This document shows, in pieces, positions 49,620 to 63,185 of a DNA stretch of 64,000 nucleotides; the first letter of the stretch is position 1, and every line of letters starts with the position of its first letter. The position numbers and the translations under genes are program-made. This DNA comes from Phoronis australis (taxonomy: Eukaryota > Animalia > Phoronida): positions 1,212,838-1,276,837 of the forward strand of contig NMRA01000014.1 in NCBI GenBank assembly GCA_002633005.1, given 5' to 3'. The notes below the pieces were generated by a model. It saw nothing but the letters and a program-made list of their open reading frames with translations. It was not told the DNA's origin and did no database searches.

Positions 49620-51021
49620 CCTTGTGTCAAACCTGGGATATTAAGCTACCTCTTGTAACTAGTTACACTTGGGACCATGACAACTGTGACAACTTTTAGT
49701 TAAGACTCCGTTTGGATGTGTAAAATACTAGCTTAAGGCACTTATATGTCCTAGCCACGTATCTAACTGTATCAAGGTCCACATTGCCCAGTTTTAGTGG
49801 GAAACTGCTCAAGAAATGTGGCATGCAATCGGATTTGTTAAGTAAAAGTTCTCAAGCAGGTTGTTGTCATCTTGATAGATTTTTAACAGCTTGCATCAAA
49901 ATGTGGCAAGTATTTGCTGCAAACACATTATGGATACCCGGGGTGCTATCATATCGAGATAACTGACATACCAAGAATATCCCTTTTGGTCTATAATGCA
50001 GTAAAGGAAACAAATAACACGCACTTTGATTTTGCAAGACCCTAGAATAAAATCCAGGCTTTCAGCTCTCAAAAAATATGTACTTCGTAAGTATTTGGCT
50101 GAATGCAGACTTGTCAATTGCATGCTGCATAACCTTAAATTTTTACCTGTGGTCATAAAATGATGGCACTTTGAAAAGTACTGAAGACCTGTTGCTGGTA
50201 CTGAATGATGTGATTAGAGCAATCAAACCTCTTAAACTGTCACCAAGGTCGAGTTGTAGAGGATTGTTTTCCATTGCCATTGTGTTGTCATGATTGAGTT
50301 ATGAAGTGAGTAAAATGTATTTTATTGGAGTCTTACTTTGATTGACAGCTATCAAATTCAAGGGCACACTTGAGTGTATGCTGCTGTTACAAAACAGTGG
50401 TGACTTTTGTAATGATTTCTGCAGGCAAGTCATGCAAAAACGACTTCTGATGTCGTAACTGTGAACTTTTGCATGTAATTTCTGCGCGTTATTGGAACCG
50501 ATGTGAAGGTGACAGCTGAGCTTCACTGGCAAGTTATGGCACCAGTTCATCAAAGTTGTTTGTACCAACCTGCCTTCTGTCAACCTGTCTTCTTTCATGT
50601 ATAAATTTACAGTGCTTTCCGGTGTTGAAAAGAACATGCAAATCATTATTAGTAAAGACCATGGTTGGTGCAGCAAATGTACAAGCAGGACATGTCACCT
50701 GGTTTCAAGTAATGGCTGTGTCTCAATCCCACTCGTCTATTCTTAAGGAACAGTTTGAAACCAATTTCACAACAGTGCGACTTCTAAGTGTTACTTTTTT
50801 TGGATGAAGGTACATTGAAAGCAGCATACATAGTGTGGTGTCGTCAGGTCCTTGTGTGGGTCAATGAATAAAGATTTGTCCTCCACGGCTTGGTCAGGGT
50901 TGTAAATTCTGTCTGTAGGACTCCTGTGTTATGATATGTGCGACATCGTGTAAAGGAGCGTGTACAGAATTAAATTACATACGAATGTTTATTTCTGAGG
51001 AATTCCTCATGCATGCTGGCA

Positions 51022-51123
51022 ATAGTTGGATATAACGTGTCCACATTTTGAGAACCATTTTCCTGCCGGTTATTCAGTGGACAAAACTGGTTCTCAAAAT
51101 TCAGGCACATTATATCCGACCAT
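51022..51123. mobile_element. ~100-bp palindromic MITE, copy 2 (probably in the ZNF800-like 3' UTR)
   Basis: GGATATAACGTGTCCACATTTTGAGAACCA...TGGTTCTCAAAATTCAGGCACATTATATCC. Confidence 0.7.
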
Positions 51124-52595
51124 TACCTGCATGATTGCTACTGCAGATTAGTCTCAGGTGTTTGATGGCTGATACACGTGTCTTTATAACCTCTGTGATA
51201 AGTTATAATTTTGTATTTTGATATAGACTTAATAAGGGCATTAATAAATGAATTTCCTTTTACCATTTGAATTAGGAGTTCAATCATCCACATTTGTACT
51301 GTCCTCTCGTAAATGTCGACAATTCATCAACTACAAAGTTGTGTTCAATCAAACGTGTATTGTAAAAATGGTCAATTTTTGTGAATAAGGTTTGAGATAT
51401 CCTTATTGATAGTGTACTACGAAGTTACAGTATGAAGTAACAACACCTCATAATATATAAATTTATTAACAACAAAAGCACATACAATTAAAACACACAG
51501 CTGAATGAAATGATATAACCCACAAAAAGAATTTGAACGTCAGCATTCACATAATTAGGGTGGTGCTACTTTTGTTAGACATCTGGTCCTGATGTATGTT
51601 CCATTGCAAGTGATTGACAAAAAGGAAATAAGACAACTTAAATAGCTTTGAAAAAGTGGGGTTCAAATCTGAAACCCTACCCGTAACAGTACTGACACTT
51701 TCGGGGCCCGTAACGATAGGAATTTAGTCTGAGGGGGGACTTGCCAAAACTGAACAAATTGGGCAGGGATTCCTCCTCAGTAACAAGACTTGAGGTGAGT
51801 AAGGGGTATTCCCCCTGACAATTTACGAAATGACAATGACTGAAATACTGTCAATAGTAATTTTCTAAGAAATGTATCGAGCAGGCTTCAGAAATTAATT
51901 GTAAATTGCCATTTCCGTCGAGTTTATAGGGTTTGTGGTCAACTGGGCAGACAAAAATTGCCATCCCTTGCAACTTCTTTACACGTTTTGGAAATAGAGA
52001 CAACATACACGTCAACCAGGCATAATTAGTCATGCTCTTCAATTTTAATTATAGCTCTAGTTTATACTTGGGAAATAACTGCCACAACAAGAACAAGGTT
52101 ACAATTCAAAAATCCTTAAATCCTCATTTAAAACTGTATTTCCTCAATATTTAGCTGCCAGTAACAAAAAATAAATAAAGCCTCTTAAGTTCATAAAATC
52201 AAACTCGTAACTTTGTCAAGGATAGACCTCGGCTGATATCCACAAGAACCTTAAAACCACCAAGGAGATGCATCAGAGTTAAATGGATTTGGCCAACCCT
52301 AAAATGGTGCATTGCCTGCGACTTAAGTTGTTGGCAATATTTTTGAACTCTTAAGTGCTTCGGTAACGAATTCAATATTGACAGCTAAACAATGACAAAA
52401 TCCACCCTTCAGTAGCATGTATTAAGTAACTCGGAAACATGAGCTTACACGAATGCTTTACAAGTAAATAGCCTTCACACACACCATATGTTGGTCGTAT
52501 CATGTAAGCTATAGTTAAGTCTGAAAAGATCTTTGAATGTGGTTTAAACCTGGAACTTTCTCCTCACCGTGCGTCAATACAATATCAACGTGTAC

Positions 52596-52880
52596 CATAG
52601 ATTATAGACAACGGATTCACTACTCCGACATTTTCTTGCGAAATATCCTAGAGGAGGCACCACCCTCTAAACATTGTGAACTCGGCTTGCGGTTAGTGTA
52701 CTGTGATGGGAAATTCTAGCATCTATTTTACTGTAAAGTATAGCAAACGACGAACTTTCCGGAAGTAATGCGTGCTATGTCTGCCAGGTGTCACTGGTGA
52801 ATAGTGACATCATGCGCAAGATCACAGATTTCGTCCATTGAAAATATACAGAGTTGGCGATCCATGTACTATAGTCTATC
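52596..52880 (+). mobile_element. ~285-bp MITE (CATAGA(C/T)TATA-type TIRs), copy 1
   Basis: Aligns by eye along its whole length, in reverse complement, with 62893-63185. Confidence 0.75.
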
Positions 52881-53136
52881 ATGCCAATTTATAACACAGC
52901 TATTAAACGATTTATGTTTGTAGTTATTACTAGTAGAAAGTCGAGAATCTCATTAACTTATATTATCAGTAGTACATTTGTTTCAGACCACCAGAGTTTT
53001 TGTTTGGTAAAAGACTTGCAAACATTTGCAAGCTCATAACTTTTGAGTTTTTAGACTCTTCAACACAAAGACTGCTGAAACACTTGATGCTCAAGCCTGT
53101 TCCAAGAAACCTTGTACATTACGACTTTCCTGTCCT

Positions 53137-56100
53137 CTAGTTGAAGTCTCGATCAGGCAGACATATTGGTGCCACCAATGTCCAAAGATATATGGCAACA
53201 CAGACCCAGCTGGAGGCCATCTTGACCCACATAGACGGGTAGTTGGACTGGAGAGTCTTTAGGTCCGACTTGGGGCTGCAACAAACAAGGGAGATGGTTG
53301 ACACAAGCTTGCCCAAAGTATTAACAGATGTAGGGTGGCATACATTAATGCTGTGTTACATAACAGCAAGCTCCATCTGGTGGACAAAGCATCTGGTGTT
53401 GTACAACACTTAATGTGGTCAGTTATTGCAGCAGGTAGATTCATTCACATACCCAACATTAAGTTTTACGCTTCACTCTCAGTCACAGTCTCTTTCAAGT
53501 AAAACTTAACAACCAGGTCACATTAAAAATCATCATAGACAAATTAGTACTAATACAACCCGACACAGGTAGTCAGTTAGCAACAAGCTTGTAAATGGCC
53601 GAAGCACCTACTGACACGTCTTGGCTTCAAAGAGTTGTTTTTGAGTAACCATTATTCAATAATCTGGCAGGAAAAGGGAGTGAAACAATTTGACCCTAAC
53701 TGACCATAAGCATGATAACAAAATACCACTGGTATTATTTTTGATTAAGTGTTGATTTAGTCAAGCATGTCCACATGTCTGCCTACTTGTATTTATTGGG
53801 CTTTTGGTTATGTAATCTGAGACCGTAATTACCATAAAATGAAGGACAAACGTAAAACACAACGGCCTTTGACTTAACTTACCTGTAAATAAGCAAGTGG
53901 TGCGCTCATCAGCTTCACTTCCCTCTACATTAGCAACAAGTCATGTCCCTTAGCTCAACTTACCTGTACAATAGCACAGTGTCATGCCACCAAGCATGAT
54001 TCTATACATTAGCAAAGTGTCGTTTGCCTCAGCTCGACTTAACCATACATCAGCAAAGTGTCATGCCTCTTAGCTCAACTTACCTGCACAATAGCACAGT
54101 GTCACGCCCCCAAGCATGATTCACCTGTATATTAGCACAGTGCCCTTTAGCTCCACCTAAGTGCACAATAACAAAGAGTCATGCCCCCAAGCATGATTCA
54201 ACTGTACATACATTAGCAAAGTGTCGTACCCCTCAACTTACCTGTACCAGTTTGTGAGAGTCATCATCATGTAGGCTGATGCCAGAATCATCATGAAATG
54301 AAAGAAAGAGTAGCTATAGGCCACGCCCTCTTTCTCATTATCCCACACCTTCTGTCCTTGTCGCTCCTCGTCATCAGAGTCTGCAGACGCAGCTGGAACA
54401 AGCAAACACCTCTGAATACCCAGACAAGATCAATAGAAAAACGACTGGATGAAAAAAACCAGGAACCAACAATTTAGTAACCACATGTGTTGACTAAAAC
54501 CTAACCTCAAACAATGTACTTGTTCATACACACAGTCCAATTGCATTAATGTGAAGCCTCCAGGAATTAAATGGTCTTTGTGATTGAAGTTTGCCAAACC
54601 AAAGAAAAAACTTGTAAATACAGAACATTTGGAGCGAGACTTGTGGAAAGGACTGTCATGAACTGGCGCGGAGTAATGAAATTTGAGTGTATGTCGCAGT
54701 TTGTCAGTACGTTGTTAACAAGATTATAAACTTACGTTTCAAACGTCAACAATGACAAAAGCAATAGTGACACATAAATCATACATCGTTCGTGTTCTCA
54801 GCGACCTGTTTTGACTTGTCACTGTGACGAGATTGAAGTTTGGTGTGATGAATTTGACTTACGGGTGTCAAGTTTGAAAACCTATGCAACGAGTTTGATG
54901 ACGTATTTGCAAATACGTCATTAGCACATTTTGTACTTTCGGTAGAAGCTCAATGCATTTATTCCAAGATGTAACACACAAATCCCCACCAGTATGGACA
55001 TAGGCTTTCGAACATGTACATGAATTTTCTAGTTTCAGTCCAGTTTGAATTTTCAGCTGAGGAGAACACTGTGTGAATGTTAATTGCCATTGAATCAGTC
55101 TACAGGAGACATGTATGAATGATAACGAGGCTGATGAACATTAAGTAAAGCAATGTATCCAGTCAATTGTGAACAATATAGTTACACGACACGCATTATA
55201 CCAGCATAAACATCAAAATAAAAACCAAGTTTCATGCTTTTCACGACAAGCAAGTCTTATGGGAGGGAGACGACCTGTATTAGCTCTAAGCAAAATGCCC
55301 ACGATAGTGTCTGCCTGTGCTACTGCAATAATGCTTTGGAATGGTAAGAGACAACACTTGAAAACCAAGCATACAAGAATAGAAAATAGAATAAGCAAGA
55401 TTGTTTTTATGTGCAACACAAAAATACGGAAATGCAATATTCAAATTATTCTGGTAATGTAATCTATTACGAAGAGGATATTTAAAGCCCAGCATTTTTG
55501 ACTGTGCAACAAAGCTTTGTTACGTTTCAATTTTTGCTAAAAATAACTTATCACTTATTTTTAAAATTACTGCAATTAAAATTGTTGTTGGTCACCATGA
55601 CTACGGTAAAATCTCACCAATTTAGGACACAATATGGCCGACAAGTGATTTTTGTCATTTTTCCAAGAAAGACATGTGGCACCAAATTAAGTAAATTTTC
55701 CACGTTCAGGTTTTGTATCAGAACTACCATCAAACAAAGGTTTGACAATTTGTGGGCATTCACAAGGTTAGAAGCCCTGAAGAATGAAAAAAAGGCATTT
55801 TTGGCAATTATTTTTGTCCGAATTTGGTGAGAATTTTATCGTACTACTTGTATGGAGTACAATTCATCCAGGTAATAGTCACGCTTGTGTGCTCCTCCCT
55901 CCACTTAACTGGTCACCATGCTCCACTCAACAGTTCACCATGCAATAACCAAGTGGTGACTCAATAAATGTACCAACGTAACATACGAATAGATGCAACA
56001 GCACATGGCAGGTCACAAATACAGCTACAACTTAAAACGGAATTAACAACAAACTGTTGCAAAAAGTTTGAACTAAACAGTAACAAAGTAAGTGGATGGC

Positions 56101-59100
56101 AAGCACCAGAAGGTCACATAGCAAGAAAGTATGTATCTCTACCTCCCTCGGCAACAATGACTTCCAGGTCTGGGTCTGATGAGAAAGAACAGAATCAGTC
56201 AGTGGCAGAACAGATAGCAGAAATGAAATGCAATGACAGCTAGACAGTCTACCAGTAACTCATTATACCCACCCAGACCAAATGAAATGTAATGACAACT
56301 AGACAGTCTAATAGAAACTTACTATACCCAACTAGACCAAATAAGCTTTTTGAGATTAGGGTTACCGAGAACAACTTGACACTGCAGACTCCCACTGCCA
56401 GCAACACATACAGCTGTTTTATGTAACCTAACCCTTTGTCCTGCAAATCGCTATAAAACATTGTACAGTTCAACTCTATGTGCCAATGGGTAGTAGTCTT
56501 GTTCTACTTATCTCGTCATTGTATGGAGCATGGTAACCGACAATAAAAGGTAATGTGCAGTAACTATAATACAGCCTTACATCTTACACACACGTACAAG
56601 CACAGACATGCAGCCCATCACTTAAAACAACCATATAGTAACATTGCCAGACATAAGATGCATTGGTTAGTTTACCTGCACCAGTGTCCAGTGTAGTCTT
56701 CTCAGAGGCCTGCAGGGTCATCTTACCAACTTGGCTACTGCTGCTGGACCGAATGCTGGAATAACACGTTACAGTAAGGTGTACTGACTTAGGTACTAGC
56801 AGCAGCAACATGGGAAAAGAATGATAAACACAAGTAGCTCCATCATTTCTTACATACGCTGTAAGGTGGAGATGTATAGCAATGTTACAAGGGTTGAAAC
56901 GATGAACACATAACCTCCCAAGGAGGTACACAGTGCAGGCTATTATTTTTATCCTTCTACAAATTTATGTTCACTTTGATTATTGCTAAGTACCTACTAG
57001 TATGCGGTTGTAACTTGAGGTCTGAAGGAGTGCAACGTCATGATGGCTGAAATTTTACTTTTGTGATCTACAAATTACTGAGTTTGACACTAGGTCATTT
57101 TGTTCATAGGAAGACGACTGTGGTGCACCTTCAAATCAACATAAATATGATTCAAAGAAAGATGAAATCAAATACGTAGATACAACTACAGTACACAAAA
57201 CGTGTAAGAACATCGTAAGTGTGCCTTCACAAGTAGAAGGTTTTGCAGTTGAAAACGCGTAATACATGCCGCACCTTTACCAAAGTTTTACCTTGAGTAG
57301 AGCACACAGATGATGAATACAATGAGGCCAATAATACTCTCGCCATCGAAGCCTGTACCAACTGAGGGGTTGTAAACCTTCCCCGTGATGTTACCGGCTA
57401 TATCCAACAGACTGGGGTTACATCTTATCTTGTCAGGGTTGTTTGTCATGGCTGACCATGTGATGTAGATGATGTACAGTGAGATGACAGATGACTGAAG
57501 CAGTCCAGATGTGGGATGGGCTAAAACAGATGACTGAAAGGTGAACCTTTAAGAACATCATAAAATAAAGCATGGTGATGGGCTTCAACAGTAGACTTAA
57601 CATTCAACTTTTATGTCTATCGCCAACTTGATTAGGCCAAACGTGGGATGAACCGGCTCTTTAGTATTTAAGATTATTTTAAAAAAAGCATATCAAACCA
57701 ATCAACAAGGGATGAATAGCAAAACATAACTAGTCTATGATTGAGCCAGACAAGATGTGGTTAGATAGGGCTACGACAGATGACTGAGAAAGCACCTATC
57801 ACAGCTATGAATGACTCGATCAGGCCAAATGTGGGTTTGGCCATGCCGGTTCACTGACAAACCAACTAGCATTGCTAGGTCAGATGAGGTTTGGGCTACA
57901 ACAGATGACTGGCAGACTAAGTATTAAAGCCATCACTGACCAAATAAGGGCAGCAGTGACATAGGTTAGCACAGATGATTGACAGCCCAGCTCACAGACA
58001 CCTGTTGAAAAACTGCAAACTGTTCAGTAAACCAAAAAAATTAGATGGACAAATCTGTTTGTTGACATGTTTCAGTTCAAAAAGTCTGTAAACGTTGAGT
58101 TTCGGATATATGAAAGTTGACTTCGTACAGGTTATAAAAAGTACATGTGGAGAAATGTAAGCCTTACTGAGATTGAAGTCGTGCTAGCGTGGGACAAGAC
58201 TGTCTTGATTTTGTTTCATAATATTCCCCAAGACAAAAGTCAGACATTTAACCTACTACTGAGACGGCTTAAAGCACACGACACATCTGAACTACAAAAA
58301 CACGGCAGATTGCCTTATGCAGACACAGTCTACAGTGTAGTACAAGATATGAGAGGATTACCTTCTTGAACCTTGGGCAGAACAGCCACCACAGAGATGC
58401 CCACACAGAGTATCAAGTTAAAACTGACAAAGAACTGGTGAAGTGGGCACTCCTACAAGATAGACACAACATGACTGAGACAATATACATGAGTCATATT
58501 GTGTTGACAACTACAATATCTTTTCTCTTGTTACATCAATACATTCATCTCAAGAAACACATAGAAATTTGATTTATTAATGTCATAAAGGAACTTGATC
58601 AGCAAGTCTACAAAACCACACAATTAATTTTGCAAAACTTAAAGCACCTGCTTTTTCAAAACAAAAGAGATGCAGAATTAACTTTGGTCTTCATACTAGT
58701 CTCACATGGGTCACATGACCATTTATTTATTAATTTATTTTTATTGAAATAATCAAAGATATGTACAGTGGGTATATATGAAGGCAAAGAAACATTGACA
58801 CACACAGGCATGCACACATACACACATGCACACACACATGCACACATGCACACAAAGTTGTTTTTAATCAATCACGTGTGCTCACCAGGAAAGACACGGG
58901 ATAATTTTCTCTAGGGCTTATTATATTCTTAGGTAAACCCGTTCTTCAAAAGCAGAAACACGACCCTTTATTTGTATTTTATAACATGAAGTTTCCGAAC
59001 ACTGTCTCAGTTCTTTAAAGTTTCATTTCGTTTTTTTTGTTTCAAGCAGCTTTTGATTTTCTCCATGAGAATTGTAAAGTACAAACACTAGATAGCAACT

Positions 59101-62100
59101 CATGCAAAAGTGAAAGGTTTATAGTAGCATTTTGGAGAATGATGACTAATATTATCGCTCATGTTACAAATTTGAACACTATTTGAAAATTGCATCACCG
59201 GAACATGCGTGCTCAGTGGGTCAATAGTGATGGGACCAAGGATAGACACATGGGTCAAGAGGTGCCTTTTACACGTAACCATTTGGTGGTCACTCACCCG
59301 CTATTACGAGACTAATTATGAAACATTTGACAAGGACTTACGTTAGTGGCGTAGAACACGTAGAACAGAACAACAGCAATGAGCGCCAGCAAGTAGAAGA
59401 GTATTGTGAAGAAGAGGAGGCCTGTAATGAAGACAACGTGTAAATAGTAGATTAACTGAAGACACTGTGTAAATAGTACATCAGCTGAAGACATTGTGTA
59501 AATATTACAGCAGTGGAAGACACAGTGTAAATTGGTCATCAACCGAAGACACTGTGTAAATAGTACATCAGCTGAAGACATTGTGTAAATATTACAGCAG
59601 TGGAAGACACAGTGTAAATTGTTCATCAACCGAAGACACTGTGTAAATTGAGCATCAACTGAAGACACTCTGTAAATATTACATCAGTCGAAGACTCTGC
59701 ATAAATAGTATATCAACTGAAGACATCATGTCAATAGTGCATCAACTGAAGACACTGTGTTTACAAACAGTTCACCAACACAGCATACACTGTACACAAT
59801 ACGTCAAAACATTGACATGACGACCCAGCATAGAAAAATTGCCCACTTGCAATGACATGTAATGATGGCTGACTAACCATCATGACAGAGAAACAGAATT
59901 TTGACCAATCGTTTTTGCTCAGTACTGTACAGTGACAGGTAGTTAGAAGAGCAAAAAAATAGTACTTTCATCATTATATATGACAGGCTGTGAGTCTTAC
60001 CGTCACCTGATAATAACAACTACTTCAAACAAAGCATTAAAGAGGCATTTAACAACTGCCTTCCTTTTAACTGGTATATGTCCTTACCCGCATACCAGCC
60101 TTTGTGGTTAGACTCTTCAAAGTTACCAACCCACGACTCATTCCAGGAATGAGCAAAGTCCACAATCAGAATCAACTGGATGAGTATGAACAAGAAGGCC
60201 ATGATCATACTCATAATCATCCAGGCTACAAGTACAAGCAAATATTACACACACGTGATCATACCAATGACAATACTAATAACCAGGCCCATGATCATAC
60301 TCATAATCATCCAGGCTACAAGTACAAGCAAATATTACACACAAGTGATCATACCAATGACAATACTAATAACCAGGCCCATGATCATACTCATGATCAC
60401 ACACTCCTGATCACACAAGCGACCAGTACCAGGTGAGCATTACACACACTTTCATTACAACCAATTCTACATTATAATGATTGTCTGCATGAACAATGAA
60501 AGCATTAATTACATTTGGGAAAGTCAAACAGCTGGCGAGGTGTAAAACCAAGCAGTCAGTAGAAAATTAAATGACCAAAACCTGAGATGAACCTCTACAA
60601 TGAACTCAGTCAAGATAATGACCAGGGAGTTGCAAGACTTATTTCGACATTTTGACAACAGCGATGCGTTTAACCACAGCTGCAGTCTTCAATGAATAGT
60701 ATTCAACAGCTGAGAGAACAGATCAGGCATGAAACAAATTGTACCAGGTAAAGAATGTTGATATGTTTCGAAATTTGGATCCAATTTTGAATAATGCAAA
60801 ATGGGTAATTAGCATAAAATGCATGATATAAAACTGAAGGTAGCTAATAGATGACAAAATTCAACCTTGTGAGAAATCTTTCCATGGTATAAAGAATGCA
60901 CCAACCAGCAAGCCGACGAATATGAGGAACTTGATGGCCCAGAACCTGCAAAGGAAAAACTGCAGTCTAAAACCAAACAGAACTATTGTTTTACTACAGA
61001 AGATCAAACTGACAAAATGTATAGGATTATTTTGCTCAAAAACAAATTTCACACAAAAGTATTGAATCAAGCAATGTTTAAATACCCGTTTTGTATCTTG
61101 GCTCGAGGATCCTTGGAGCTCTTCACACATATCATCAAGAGGCAGAAGAGCAAGAAGAAACAGACACATGCAAACCCAATAGCGTATACAGCTCGATATC
61201 CAACAATCATATCACAGTCTACTGCACGCTTACTGGTCAATATTGTCGGGTCACATAGGCCTGGGATCTAAAATACAGAATTACAAACAATCGTAAATGG
61301 GCTGTAAAAATCATCCATAGCTTAAGACTACATACAATTAACCCAACGGACTTCACAGGACTACGTAGTGGTAGTAATGTAACTGACTAAATCTTAGGTA
61401 AAGCACACATAGGTACCACTTGGCATGCAATAGACCTATCGCCAGGACTTTGAGTGACGGCTTAACTGACCAATCAGAACGCATCATTCTTGACACACCG
61501 CCGTTTCCAAGCCACCATTTTACCCGACAAACAACACGTTTGTGTGTCAACATTACGCAAGGGGGCGGAGCTTGCGATAGGTCAATTAAGGTTATGGCGG
61601 TATCCAGAAAATGTCCAAATGTGACTACCTTTGGAACATCACGTCTCACAAATGGCTCATCGGTTTCATAAGAAACTTTGAGATACTACGCATTATACAC
61701 TGCCGCTTTAAAGTTCCAATTCTGCATGAGGGGCTCTCAAAAATAGGACTTACTTGATTTGCATGAAGAAATCTTAAGTAGCATAAAACGAAATGATATT
61801 TTAGAAAACAACAACCGTGTTTTTGCGATCTCATCTTGAATAGTCATATCAGTGTACCATTCATTTTTGCTGCATTTCACTAAAATGAAAGATTGGTAAA
61901 AAGAAAAAATTCGAAATTCTACATGTTTTCGATTTACAGAGTTAAAATTTATTGTTTTGTAAATATTTGGCTAAATATACAGGCTTTTCAATAAGCTCCT
62001 AGATAACCTTAACTGAAACTGAATGGATGAATGAACGTTACCTTGTCTAAAGTTTCCCTCACACCTGGTATTAGAGCAATACAGGCCAGGACGGTACCAA

Positions 62101-62206
62101 ACAACAACACAAATGCATATGCGATACGCGCCGAGGTCGAGTTCTTACATGACGGACACGCAGCACAGCACAGACTGCAGGCTGCACTGCCGCAGCAACA
62201 GGCCAA
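53137..62206 (-). CDS. SERINC1: Serine incorporator (SERINC1/3-like, TMS1 family), start exon unresolved. Coding exons 62042-62206, 61086-61267, 60866-60945, 60088-60225, 59342-59421, 58362-58452, 57292-57520, 56676-56755, 54242-54392, 53137-53275
   Basis: In-frame GT-AG exons: [146 protein letters not shown]. Family assignment is secure; the paralog number is not. Confidence 0.93.
53870..54246 (-). repeat. Degenerate ~40-bp array containing copies of a SERINC donor site
   Basis: CTCAACTTACCTGTAC-like motifs recur up to the true donor at 54241. Confidence 0.8.
56143..56175 (-). CDS. Candidate 33-nt cassette micro-exon of SERINC (encodes [11 protein letters not shown])
   Basis: ctttctcatcAG|ACCCAGACCTGGAAGTCATTGTTGCCGAGGGAG|GTagag has a pyrimidine tract and no stop. 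It is phase 1 to phase 1, like the flanking junctions, and maps to the variable large loop. Confidence 0.5.
59422..59762 (-). repeat. 25-29-bp minisatellite abutting a SERINC acceptor
   Basis: GAAGACACTGTGTAAAT core repeated about 13 times. Confidence 0.85.
60196..60402 (-). repeat. 90-bp tandem duplication spanning a SERINC acceptor and exon start
   Basis: CCATGATCATACTCATAATCATCCAGGCTACAAGTACAAGC occurs at ~60199 and ~60289. Confidence 0.9.
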
Positions 62207-62892
62207 CTGAAAGACAAGTAAACAAAAGATAAGTGGGTGGACTTAAGAAAATTAAGAAAATCAAGGTGGATCAATCATGGTATTAACACTTTCACTATCA
62301 AACCAAACGACTAGCGAGTAAAGCACTTGCCCATTCTTGACCTACCTAATCCTAAATTTTATGGGAGATAAGCAACATCATCAAACGATGGCAAGACAGT
62401 TTCACCAAGTGACTGAAGTTACCAGTCACAGACAAGGTCATTGATGATGTAAAGCACAAATCAATTCCCCACTCTTCAACCCTGATGGCAGGAGACAGTG
62501 TATCTAGGCTAATGATGCCTCTGAGCTGTTGGTTTTTCACCTTTCAGTGGATAGCCTTGTATAGGCCTGTAGTGTGGAACCCAAAGACTGTTCTTATTAA
62601 GTTCTCTAACAATGATTAAACACTTTTTGCAGTGTTGTTCGCAGAAGAAACCTTCGCCTTGTCCCGATATCAAAGACAAAAAGAGATTGAGAGAACATGT
62701 CTGCCTTTTCATGCACCTGTCGAATGCCAGTTTGTGCATAAATTTACTATAATAAGAAGTTCTACTACATCGGTTTTAAACAAAAACCAGATATACCAGG
62801 CATCACCATTTAGGTACACGGTTTTCAAAATGAATATAGTTCATTACTAATGTGGGCTCAGACACTGGCAAGCTTCAAAACCTATTTTCACA

Positions 62893-63185
62893 ATAGACTA
62901 TAGTACATGGACTGCCAACTCTGTACATTTTCAGTGGATGAAATCTGCGATCTTATGCATACACAGTGACGTCACTATCTACTAGTGACACCTGGCAATT
63001 ATAGCACGCTTTGCTTCCGGCAAGTACGTCATCTGCTATACTGGACAGTAAAATAAATCTGCAAGAATTTCCCATCACAATACACTAACCGGAAGCTGAG
63101 TTTGCTGTGTTTAGAGGCTGACACCTCCTCTAGGGTATTTCCTAAGAAAATGTCAGAGTTCCGAATCTGTCATCTATAATCTGTG
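62893..63185 (-). mobile_element. ~290-bp MITE, copy 2 (inverted)
   Basis: ATAGACTATAGTACATGGA...CTATAATCTGTG is a diverged reverse complement of 52596-52880. Confidence 0.75.
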
